Shown piece by piece: positions 1 through 6,757 of a DNA stretch of 32,077 nt. Position numbers and translations under genes: made by a program. Under the pieces are notes generated by a model. That model was not told the origin of the DNA. It worked only from the letters and a program-made list of their open reading frames with translations, and did no database searches. The stretch is from positions 1 through 32,077 of IMG/VR virus record IMGVR_UViG_3300029822_000049; one strand, 5' to 3'. Numbering within the stretch: the stretch's first letter is position 1; each line of letters starts with the position of its first letter. This stretch comes from a virus.

Positions 1-99
1 AAGCCAAGATTTTGGGGAGTAGAGGGAGCGTTCCGAAATGATTAGATACGACCTCAACCGGTTTTGGGCGGACGGAAGTCGTATCGACCTATTCGCTGC
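1..99. repeat. terminal direct repeat, copy 1 (identical to 31979-32077); circular-closure overlap
   Basis: The 99 nt aagccaagattttgggg...ctattcgctgc recur exactly at the 3' end of the window. Bases 1-45 duplicate the 3' end of the 29531-32023 CDS. Confidence 0.95.
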
Positions 100-1135
100 C
101 GCTGAAAAAATCCATGCCACAAGAGTTGTAAATGGTATCGGAAAAATCGTATGCACAATACCATTTAATGAACAATATCTTGACTCGCTTGAAAAAGGAC
201 AAATGGTTGGATTATGGCGAAACGACCGTCATCAATTCAAAACGTTTTACACAATCTTAGACTGGAGAGCCACGACAGACGAAAAAGGACTTAAAAAGAT
301 TGAGTATTATGGAGAATGTCTTAACAGGTTACTACGCACTCGTATTGTTGCCTACCCTGCTAATAGTCCGCAGTCACAAAAGACAGGCAAAGCGGACAAC
401 ATTATCAAAGCGATTGCACGTGAGAATTTTGGTGACTTAGCGATACCAGACAGACGAATAACAAATATCACCATTGAACAAGATTATGACCAAGGAAGCC
501 AGAGCATTACGAAAAGTTTTGCATGGCGCAATGCACTTACAGTTTGCCAAGAAATAAGCGACCTAACACTAAAAGACGAAACGCCAGTTTATTTTGACAT
601 CTTTGCAAGCAATGTAACAAACTTACATTTTGCCACGTACCCAACAATGGTAGGGCAAGATAGAACCAGAGCATCAGGAGTGCCAGCCTTGATAGGTGAG
701 CAATATGGCAACCTAAAAAACGCAACAACGGAATGGATTAATAGCGAAGAAGCAACCGTCATTTATGCAGGTGGACAAGGTCAAGAAGAAGACCGAGTTA
801 TCAAAGTTGCAGAAGATATCAAACGAATAGCATTAGGCGCACCTTACGGACGAATTGAGCGTTTCAAAGACGCAAGAAATGATGAGAACGAGGACAACAT
901 CCAAAAGCAAGCAGAGGAAGCGTTGAACGAAGCCAAACCCTATGTCAAGATTAGCGGAAGCCTATCGGAAACAAAAGGGTCAAGATATGACGTGCACTAT
1001 CATTGGGGAGACCTTGTAACCGTTGAAAGTTATGGCGTATCATTGGACTGCATGATAAAAGAAGTTGGGTTGACCTATGACGCAAATACAGGTATGGAAA
1101 GCATTGACGTAAAGTTTGAGGGAGTTGTAACATGA
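38..1135 (+). CDS. tail tip / baseplate hub protein (siphovirus Gp37-like, tentative)
   Basis: 365-aa ORF. Its ATG overlaps the end of the Dit-like gene (ATGATTAG, seen at 38-45 and 32016-32023), and its stop overlaps the next ATG (ATGA, 1132-1135). It sits in the order TMP, Dit, this gene, fibre. Family assignment is from memory only. Confidence 0.6.
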   Translation: MIRYDLNRFWADGSRIDLFAAAEKIHATRVVNGIGKIVCTIPFNEQYLDSLEKGQMVGLWRNDRHQFKTFYTILDWRATTDEKGLKKIEYYGECLNRLLRTRIVAYPANSPQSQKTGKADNIIKAIARENFGDLAIPDRRITNITIEQDYDQGSQSITKSFAWRNALTVCQEISDLTLKDETPVYFDIFASNVTNLHFATYPTMVGQDRTRASGVPALIGEQYGNLKNATTEWINSEEATVIYAGGQGQEEDRVIKVAEDIKRIALGAPYGRIERFKDARNDENEDNIQKQAEEALNEAKPYVKISGSLSETKGSRYDVHYHWGDLVTVESYGVSLDCMIKEVGLTYDANTGMESIDVKFEGVVT

Positions 1136-2043
1136 ACCAAGAAATAGAAAATATCCTCAAACGCCTTGAACGTCTCGAAGCTAAAGAAACACCAACCGTC
1201 AAACCAGTAGATTTATCGGCGTTTGTGGATCTAACCAGTAACCAATCAGTTGGAGGGGTGAAAACATTTACTTCAATACCATTATTGCCATCTTCTATGC
1301 CGACATTAAACAACCAAGCCGCGAATAAAGCTTATGTTGATAGTGTAGCAGGTGGCGGCGGTGTTACCGACCACGGAGCGTTGACAGGACTGGAAGATAA
1401 CGACCACCCTCAGTATCTGCTTACAACTGGCAAAGCGTCTGACAGCGATAAATTAGATGGTGTCGATTCTACCGGCTTTGTGAAAACGACTGGAACGCAG
1501 ACCGTAGGCGGTACAAAGACCTTCTCGTCTATTCCGGTCTTACCTGCCTCGAACCCTACCGCCGCAAATCAGGCTGTTAGGAAAGGCTATGCTGACGGGG
1601 CTTATTTAGGGATAAATGGCAAAGCGGCGGATTCTGACAAGTTGGACGGACTGGACAGTACGGCTTTTGGACGACCCGTATTTCTGACCACCCCTCTCAC
1701 ATCAACCTCGTGGGATGGCGACGCATACTCAACAACCGCAAAGACGCTGATTGACCTGTCAAGCGTGTTTGGCGCGCCGGCTGGAATTAAAGGCATTTTC
1801 GTTAAACTGGCAGCAAGAGATTCCGGAAGTTCAGCTGGATATTGCCAATTGGGTTTGTCACCGAACAGTACCGCCTACAGTATGGCTATACAGTGCTACT
1901 TGCAAGGTGTAGCAAACGATGTTTATGTTTCCGCAAATGGAATAGTTCCTTGCAACGCCAATGGCGACATTTACTATCAGATCACTGCCAGTGGGACTGG
2001 GACGCTTGACGCATTTATAGAAATCTGGGGCTACTGGCTATGA
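1132..2043 (+). CDS. tail fibre / receptor-binding protein
   Basis: 303 aa. N-terminal coiled coil (ILKRLERLEAKE). Internal repeats typical of phage fibres: SDSDKLDGVDSTGF and ADSDKLDGLDSTAF, each preceded by TF(T/S)SIP(L/V)LP...NQA(A/V)(N/R)K(A/G)Y(V/A)D. Confidence 0.75.
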   Translation: MNQEIENILKRLERLEAKETPTVKPVDLSAFVDLTSNQSVGGVKTFTSIPLLPSSMPTLNNQAANKAYVDSVAGGGGVTDHGALTGLEDNDHPQYLLTTGKASDSDKLDGVDSTGFVKTTGTQTVGGTKTFSSIPVLPASNPTAANQAVRKGYADGAYLGINGKAADSDKLDGLDSTAFGRPVFLTTPLTSTSWDGDAYSTTAKTLIDLSSVFGAPAGIKGIFVKLAARDSGSSAGYCQLGLSPNSTAYSMAIQCYLQGVANDVYVSANGIVPCNANGDIYYQITASGTGTLDAFIEIWGYWL

Positions 2044-2168
2044 CACTACCATTTGGCATTGACATCAGCAAACATCAAGGCACGAAAGCCGTCAAATTAT
2101 CAGGATTTTACGAGACCGGCTCGTCCGGCTTGATCATCGGCATTAATGGAAAGGAACAGGCGAAATGA
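2040..2168 (+). pseudogene. 42-aa remnant ORF carrying a GH25 muramidase N-terminal motif (MTLPFGIDISKHQG...)
   Basis: The ATG overlaps the fibre stop (ATGA). GIDISKHQG matches the catalytic N-terminal GH25 motif, but the rest is unrelated and short. Confidence 0.4.
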
Positions 2169-2245
2169 AACCCATTATCGACATTAGCGCATGGCAACGT
2201 GCCGGTTTTACCGACTGGTTGGGCACCTGTGTAAAACTAGTTTAA
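2165..2245 (+). pseudogene. 26-aa remnant ORF duplicating the endolysin 5' end (MKPIIDIS...)
   Basis: The first 24 nt are 20/24 identical to 2255-2278. All 4 differences are synonymous third positions. Similarity stops after codon 8. The ATG overlaps the previous stop (ATGA). Confidence 0.45.
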
Positions 2246-2254
2246 GGAGAAAAA

Positions 2255-3628
2255 ATGAAACCAATTATTGACATAAGTCATCATCAAGTATCAAACAAGA
2301 TTGATTACGACCTACTAGCAAGCCAAGTAGAAGCGGTCATCATCAGAGCATCTTACGCAACAGCAGTAGAACGTGAGTTTGAAAACCACTATCGAGAACT
2401 ATCAAAACGTGGTGTGCCAATGGGCGTGTATCATTATATTGTTGAGTATAGGTCAGTTGAAGCGCAAGTGGAAACATTCGCAAGTCGAGTAGCAGGAAAA
2501 GAGTTCAAACTTGGCTACTGGGCGGACGTTGAACTTGAACCAAACGCCACACCACTAACACGCCAGACCGTACACAAATTTATGCAACAAACAGAAGCAA
2601 GATTGAATACCGAGTTAGGGATTTATACAAGCTATTACATGTGGACACAAATCATGGGCGGTGCATATTACACTAACCGAAAATTATGGGTTGCACATTA
2701 CACCACAGGCAACGTGCCGATTTTACCGCCCGGGTGGCAAGATTGGTGGCTATGGCAACACACGTCAAAGGGCAAGCTACCGGGCTACAGTGGCGACCTA
2801 GACATGAACAAGTTTCGGTACGGGAAAGAAGTGTTTGACGCATGGATTGACAGAGAGCCAGTAGAAGAACCCGAACCAGAACCAGAACCAGAACCAGAAT
2901 TGGTACTGTACTCACCAGTCCCGAAAGGCACGAGAATAACACAGCGGTTTGGTATGAACCCTAGTTGGTATCCAACATCCAAAGGTCATAACGGTATCGA
3001 CTATGGCACTATGGTCGGCACGCCGATTACAGCTATGGCTGACGGTATTGTAGAAGTATCAAAAGAGCAAGTTGGGGGCTATGGCAGGCATATTAGAATT
3101 AGGCATGAGCATGGCGTATCCATTTACGGACACCTATCAAGACGAGATGTACAAGTAGGCGATAAAGTCATTGCAAAGCAACGCATTGGATTATCAGGCG
3201 GCAACCTTGAAGACCCTTACGCCGGTTTTAGTACCGGAGCGCACTTACATGCAGAATACCGCCAAGATAAGCCAGTTGTACCACTTGTACCCGGAAGCTA
3301 TGTTTACAATGCGATAGACCATTTACCGTTTATAAAAGAGGAAGAAGAAGAGGAGATACCCATGTTATATCAAGTTGAAGTAACAGTTTATGCCCTCAAC
3401 ATTCGAGCCGGAGTAGGAACACGTTATCCAATCATCCGAACGGTGTTGAAAGGTACAATCCTCAACGTTTACGCCGAAAGCCAAGAATGGCTGAAAGTTG
3501 GGGATAATCAATGGTGCAGTGGCGATAACCGGTACGTGAAACGCCTAGCCAATCCACCCTGTGAACCATGCGACAAAGAAGAAAAACTGAACAAACTTTG
3601 GGAAGCACACCCAGAATTGCATGAATAG
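2255..3628 (+). CDS. three-domain endolysin: GH25 muramidase + M23 peptidase + SH3b cell-wall binding domain
   Basis: GH25 motifs: IIDISHHQ, GVYHY, WADVE, WLWQHTSKGKLPGYSGDLDMNKF. A PEPEPEPEPEPE linker follows. M23 motifs: HNGIDYG (HxxxD) and GAHLHAEY (HxH). An EEEEEE linker follows. SH3b-like segment: LNIRAGVGTRYPIIRTVLKGTILNV...WLKV. Strong RBS (taaggagaaaaaATG). Confidence 0.9.
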   Translation: MKPIIDISHHQVSNKIDYDLLASQVEAVIIRASYATAVEREFENHYRELSKRGVPMGVYHYIVEYRSVEAQVETFASRVAGKEFKLGYWADVELEPNATPLTRQTVHKFMQQTEARLNTELGIYTSYYMWTQIMGGAYYTNRKLWVAHYTTGNVPILPPGWQDWWLWQHTSKGKLPGYSGDLDMNKFRYGKEVFDAWIDREPVEEPEPEPEPEPELVLYSPVPKGTRITQRFGMNPSWYPTSKGHNGIDYGTMVGTPITAMADGIVEVSKEQVGGYGRHIRIRHEHGVSIYGHLSRRDVQVGDKVIAKQRIGLSGGNLEDPYAGFSTGAHLHAEYRQDKPVVPLVPGSYVYNAIDHLPFIKEEEEEEIPMLYQVEVTVYALNIRAGVGTRYPIIRTVLKGTILNVYAESQEWLKVGDNQWCSGDNRYVKRLANPPCEPCDKEEKLNKLWEAHPELHE

Positions 3629-3635
3629 GAGAAGC

Positions 3636-4223
3636 ATGTACAGAGCAAACTGGCTAAGAAGCCAACGAATAAATTTTATGTGGGACATAATAAAATCCGT
3701 TCCAGAACCGAAACGCATCCTAGTAACATCAGAAGAAGACATTGACGTTATTGACGTATTATCCACAAGATTACAAAATGTGGAGTACGAAATGCTAATC
3801 ACTCACCCGGAACAGCGAAAAAACAAGGCAAAATCAAATTTTACACATGTACCCATATCAACAACCAAACGTTATAACATCATCGTGATTTTAGGCGGTT
3901 TTAACACTGACAATGATATGGAAGAAAAAATCAAAACCGTAAGCAAACTGCTTGCCAAAAATGGCATGTTGTACTTCGAAGCCCCAAATCATTTAGCGTA
4001 TTCGACCGGAGCATCCGGGTACAGAACAATTGCCGGAAACGGAACACAAAAAGGCTGGCACTTGACCCGAGTGGAATGGTCTGACATATTGCAAAAAACA
4101 GGACTAACGACTATCAGACAATATAGCGGTCATGCCAGTGTTTGGCAATTTATCTGGACGTTACAAAAAGAGAAAGAAACCAAAAAAGATGCTAAAATGG
4201 AGAAGTCAAAGAGCGAAAAGTAA
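3636..4223 (+). CDS. hypothetical protein with class I methyltransferase-like core but no glycine-rich SAM loop
   Basis: The ORF is open from 3621. The ATG at 3636 follows aggaga. RYNIIVILGGF...VSKLLAKNGMLYFEAPN parallels HYNLVVYTSSIEH...IIHPNGTLVLTCPN of the 16252 methyltransferase. The motif I position reads KRILVTSEEDIDVIDVL, with no GxGxG. Confidence 0.45.
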   Translation: MYRANWLRSQRINFMWDIIKSVPEPKRILVTSEEDIDVIDVLSTRLQNVEYEMLITHPEQRKNKAKSNFTHVPISTTKRYNIIVILGGFNTDNDMEEKIKTVSKLLAKNGMLYFEAPNHLAYSTGASGYRTIAGNGTQKGWHLTRVEWSDILQKTGLTTIRQYSGHASVWQFIWTLQKEKETKKDAKMEKSKSEK

Positions 4224-4248
4224 TTCGGTTCAGCAGGAACATCCACGA

Positions 4249-4530
4249 ATGAAAAACGCCAAAATTATTTTAGAACAAGCCAAGAAAGAAACCGATATTA
4301 GAGAAGCGTTTAACTTGTTAATCGACTTAATGATATCAGAATTTGAACACGAAAGGGATAAAATGGAAGCCTATGACAAGTTACTATTCGGGAACGGAGA
4401 CCCGACAAAAAGTATCCTATCAAGACTTGACCGCCTTGAAACAAACTTGTCAAACGCAGTCAAAGTTTTGTATGCAGTTGGTATCGCAATCTTGATTGAA
4501 ATTGTGATGCGGATTATCAAATTGATTTAG
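4249..4530 (+). CDS. tail-anchored coiled-coil membrane protein, XhlA-like lysis accessory (tentative)
   Basis: 93 aa from the internal ATG; the track ORF 4132-4530 overlaps the upstream gene. Helical N-terminus (SRLDRLETNLSNA) and a single C-terminal TM (VLYAVGIAILIEIVMRIIKLI). Lies between endolysin and holin. Confidence 0.45.
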   Translation: MKNAKIILEQAKKETDIREAFNLLIDLMISEFEHERDKMEAYDKLLFGNGDPTKSILSRLDRLETNLSNAVKVLYAVGIAILIEIVMRIIKLI

Positions 4531-4545
4531 AAAAAAGGAGAATAT

Positions 4546-4890
4546 ATGGCACAAGAAATTTTAGCGATTATCGCAGGACTAGCAGCACTTGGTACTATGA
4601 TATCGCTTGTCGTAAACGTATTGAAATATTTTAAGGTAGTCAAAGACGGAGACGCAGAAAAATGGGTACAAGGTTTAAACCTTGGAGCGTTCGTGATTGT
4701 AGCGATTGTCTATTTTTTGAACGTTGACCCAGATTGGGGAAAGATAAATGGCTACATCGAAGTTGCAGTAGTAATCCTTGGTTACCTCGTGCAAATTTTA
4801 GGTAGCAAGGTCGCCTACCCATTAATCAAGAACACCCCGGTCATTGGTTACAGTTACACCGAGCAGAAGAAGAAAGAGCCGGCTGGATAA
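4546..4890 (+). CDS. holin (three predicted TM helices)
   Basis: 114 aa. TM1 ILAIIAGLAALGTMISLVVNVL, TM2 LNLGAFVIVAIVYFLNV, TM3 IEVAVVILGYLVQILG, and a charged C-terminus EQKKKEPAG. RBS aaaggagaatatATG. Part of the lysis cassette. Confidence 0.8.
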   Translation: MAQEILAIIAGLAALGTMISLVVNVLKYFKVVKDGDAEKWVQGLNLGAFVIVAIVYFLNVDPDWGKINGYIEVAVVILGYLVQILGSKVAYPLIKNTPVIGYSYTEQKKKEPAG

Positions 4891-4919
4891 CCGCCCACAT
4901 TATCCAACACCAACCAACA

Positions 4920-4952
4920 CCGCCCGGACACCGCCCCCGGGCGGTTTATTTA
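4920..4952 (+). terminator. rho-independent terminator ending the late/lysis operon
   Basis: 8-bp GC stem ccgcccgg (4920-4927) / ccgggcgg (4937-4944), followed by tttattta. Confidence 0.75.
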
Positions 4953-4992
4953 TCCGTAAAAAAACTGCTTCAAAATTGCTATAAATTGACCC

Positions 4993-5021
4993 TTGACAAA
5001 AATCTGAACATCCCTTATAAT
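4993..5021 (+). promoter_or_regulatory. consensus sigma70/sigmaA-type early promoter P1
   Basis: TTGACA (4993-4998), 17-nt spacer, TATAAT (5016-5021). About 40 nt are nearly identical to 9261-9300. Phased AAATTG repeats lie upstream (4973, 4983). Confidence 0.8.
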
Positions 5022-5068
5022 ACCAATGTCATTCAGAAACAACTAACAAAAACAAGGAGATAAACAAA

Positions 5069-5503
5069 ATGAACACCAGCAAAGAAATCACAAGAGACCA
5101 TATAATCATCAAGGTCATAAACACAGCGAATAATTCATACGAATTAGAGTTTGCACAATATACTATCAAGTATCTGAAAAGAGAAAGCGATATTTACCCG
5201 ACCGCATACACCAGCCCTAAAAACCAGTTAGATAGAATGAAAGACGGAACATCATTATTCGTTATGAGCGATGATGAAAAAAATAAATACGAGAAACATT
5301 TTAGCCAAGTTTATAAATCTTTTGGAAGCAAATTCGAAAGCATGATAAATGACTTGCGCAAAACTTGGGGACAAGACGCACCAAAAAAACTAATACCTAA
5401 CTGGTCAGACGATAACCTAGAAACACAAAACCAAGCATTAATCGAACACTTGTTTGACCAATTCATCAAACGAGTTTATCAAGAATGTAAAGCAAAGAAC
5501 TAG
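5069..5503 (+). CDS. hypothetical early protein (first gene after P1)
   Basis: 144-aa ORF with RBS caaggagataaacaaaATG. No recognisable motif. Confidence 0.7.
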   Translation: MNTSKEITRDHIIIKVINTANNSYELEFAQYTIKYLKRESDIYPTAYTSPKNQLDRMKDGTSLFVMSDDEKNKYEKHFSQVYKSFGSKFESMINDLRKTWGQDAPKKLIPNWSDDNLETQNQALIEHLFDQFIKRVYQECKAKN

Positions 5504-5512
5504 CACAAGAAC

Positions 5513-5532
5513 GCCCGGGTTTTCACCCGGGC
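5513..5532 (+). promoter_or_regulatory. intercistronic GC stem-loop (no U-tract)
   Basis: gcccggg / ttttca / cccgggc, followed by an A-run rather than a T-run. Confidence 0.5.
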
Positions 5533-5558
5533 AATAAAAAAAACAAAGGAGAAACAAC

Positions 5559-5837
5559 ATGAAAGACAACACCAACCAACCAACAGAAAAGACCCTTGAC
5601 AACGAGATTTTAGAGGACTTCGCAGAACTAGAAGTACTGTTAGGAGAAATGCTCCAAGAAATCTTTGACAAAGGCAAAGAGGTCATCAACAACTTCGACA
5701 ATGCCGATATACCAACATTCGTGCAAATGAAAGACGAACTAGCTGAAAGACTTGAAATGTATTGCGGTATCACCCTGTTTTATGCAACGGTCAACAACAT
5801 CATGGAAGAAGAAGATGAGGAGGAAAACAAAGAGTAA
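5559..5837 (+). CDS. small highly acidic early protein
   Basis: 92 aa with about 26 Asp/Glu against 7 Lys/Arg. Ends in the tail EEEDEEENKE. RBS caaaggagaaacaacATG. Confidence 0.7.
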   Translation: MKDNTNQPTEKTLDNEILEDFAELEVLLGEMLQEIFDKGKEVINNFDNADIPTFVQMKDELAERLEMYCGITLFYATVNNIMEEEDEEENKE

Positions 5838-5853
5838 AAAAAACAATTAAATA

Positions 5854-5886
5854 GACACGCCGGGAAATTAGAAAACCCGGCGTGTC
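5854..5886 (+). promoter_or_regulatory. intercistronic stem-loop (11-bp stem)
   Basis: gacacgccggg (5854-5864) pairs with cccggcgtgtc (5876-5886), with an 11-nt loop and no T-tract. Confidence 0.55.
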
Positions 5887-5956
5887 AAACCAACAACAGG
5901 AGAGTAACATAAATAACAGAATTGTAACACAAACAAAAAAACAAGGAGAAAACAAC

Positions 5957-6757
5957 ATGGAAACCAAGAACCTAACAAAGGCACTCATCGAGTTCCAAAA
6001 CGCCGTAAAACCCGCAAAATTTGACGCTAATAACCCATACTATAACAGCCGATATGCCAGTTTAGGCGAAATCATCAACACCGTCAAAAGCGAAGCCGGA
6101 AATCACGGATTGACATGGATACAGCTACCGATATCAGAGGGAGACCGAGTAGGCGTTAGAACAATCCTAATGCACGAAAGCGGAGAGCAAATTGAGGACA
6201 GCATTTTGGTACAGTTACCGCCAACGTATGTAACCAACAGCAAAGGCATTGACGTACTGCAAAACCAAATCCAAGAGACCGGTAAGTACATAACCTATCT
6301 GAGACGTTACGCCCTTGCAAGCGTGTTCGGTTTATACGCAGAGGAAGATAATGACGGAAACCAAAGAGGTCACAGCCCAACACCGACAAGCACCCGACAA
6401 CCGTCAAAAGCCCCGGCAAAGAAAGCCACCTCCACCAAAGCCCCGGAACGTCCATACTCACCCAAAGACTTAAAGAAAGTATTAGTGGCATATGCACCAA
6501 AACTAGCATCAGCAACACCACACCAGAAGAGACAAGTTGTGGCGGTATTGTCACAGTACACGGAAAATGATGACGCCAGACACCTTGTGCAAAAATTGTT
6601 GTTTGGCTTCGACTCTATCGATGACGCAAACGATAAACTTGTCAACGCAACGCACCGGTGGCTAAACGCCAAATGGGACGGTGAAACCAAGCAATACTTG
6701 TTACCAGAACCACAAGCCAGTGAGCTTTTGGCAATAATTGAGGAAGCCACCAAATGA
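5957..6757 (+). CDS. erf: ERF-family single-strand annealing recombinase
   Basis: LTKALIEFQNAVKPAKFDANNPYYNSRYASLGEIINTVKSEAGNHGLTW matches the ERF N-terminal signature (from memory). ATG at 5957 follows aaggaga. The GTG at 5882 in the track lies inside the hairpin. Pro/Ser/Thr-rich linker. Confidence 0.8.
   Translation: METKNLTKALIEFQNAVKPAKFDANNPYYNSRYASLGEIINTVKSEAGNHGLTWIQLPISEGDRVGVRTILMHESGEQIEDSILVQLPPTYVTNSKGIDVLQNQIQETGKYITYLRRYALASVFGLYAEEDNDGNQRGHSPTPTSTRQPSKAPAKKATSTKAPERPYSPKDLKKVLVAYAPKLASATPHQKRQVVAVLSQYTENDDARHLVQKLLFGFDSIDDANDKLVNATHRWLNAKWDGETKQYLLPEPQASELLAIIEEATK

Noticed and set aside
1-99. The 99-bp end repeat as a biological direct terminal repeat or cos region
   Set aside because: The repeat boundaries fall inside two overlapping structural genes far from terS/terL. 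The length is typical of an assembler k-mer overlap. It is kept as a finding only for its implication of completeness.
2043-2254. tRNA or other structured RNA gene in the largest non-coding gaps (2043-2254, 4891-5068, 21713-21789)
   Set aside because: No cloverleaf-compatible stems or conserved T-loop (GTTCGAATC-like) or D-loop features were seen. The gaps are explained by lysin remnants, terminator plus promoter, and an AT-rich leader.
2869-2899. Short tandem repeats as a possible CRISPR or regulatory array: (gaacca)n at 2869-2899, GAA-rich at 3338-3356, and the 15-bp x3 repeat at 7072-7116
   Set aside because: All are in frame within coding sequence (PE linker, poly-Glu linker, ENPHV repeats). 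There are no spacer-repeat architectures. Only the 15-bp iterons are kept, as an origin candidate.
5882-5956. Upstream-extended starts given by the ORF track (5882, 4132, 8260, 9268, 10010, 10580, 12648, 16974, 13990, 18098, 23751)
   Set aside because: The extensions begin at GTG or TTG inside hairpins or inside the -35 box, or they overlap the preceding gene. In each case an internal ATG with an AAGGAG-type RBS 5-9 nt upstream gives a cleaner model.
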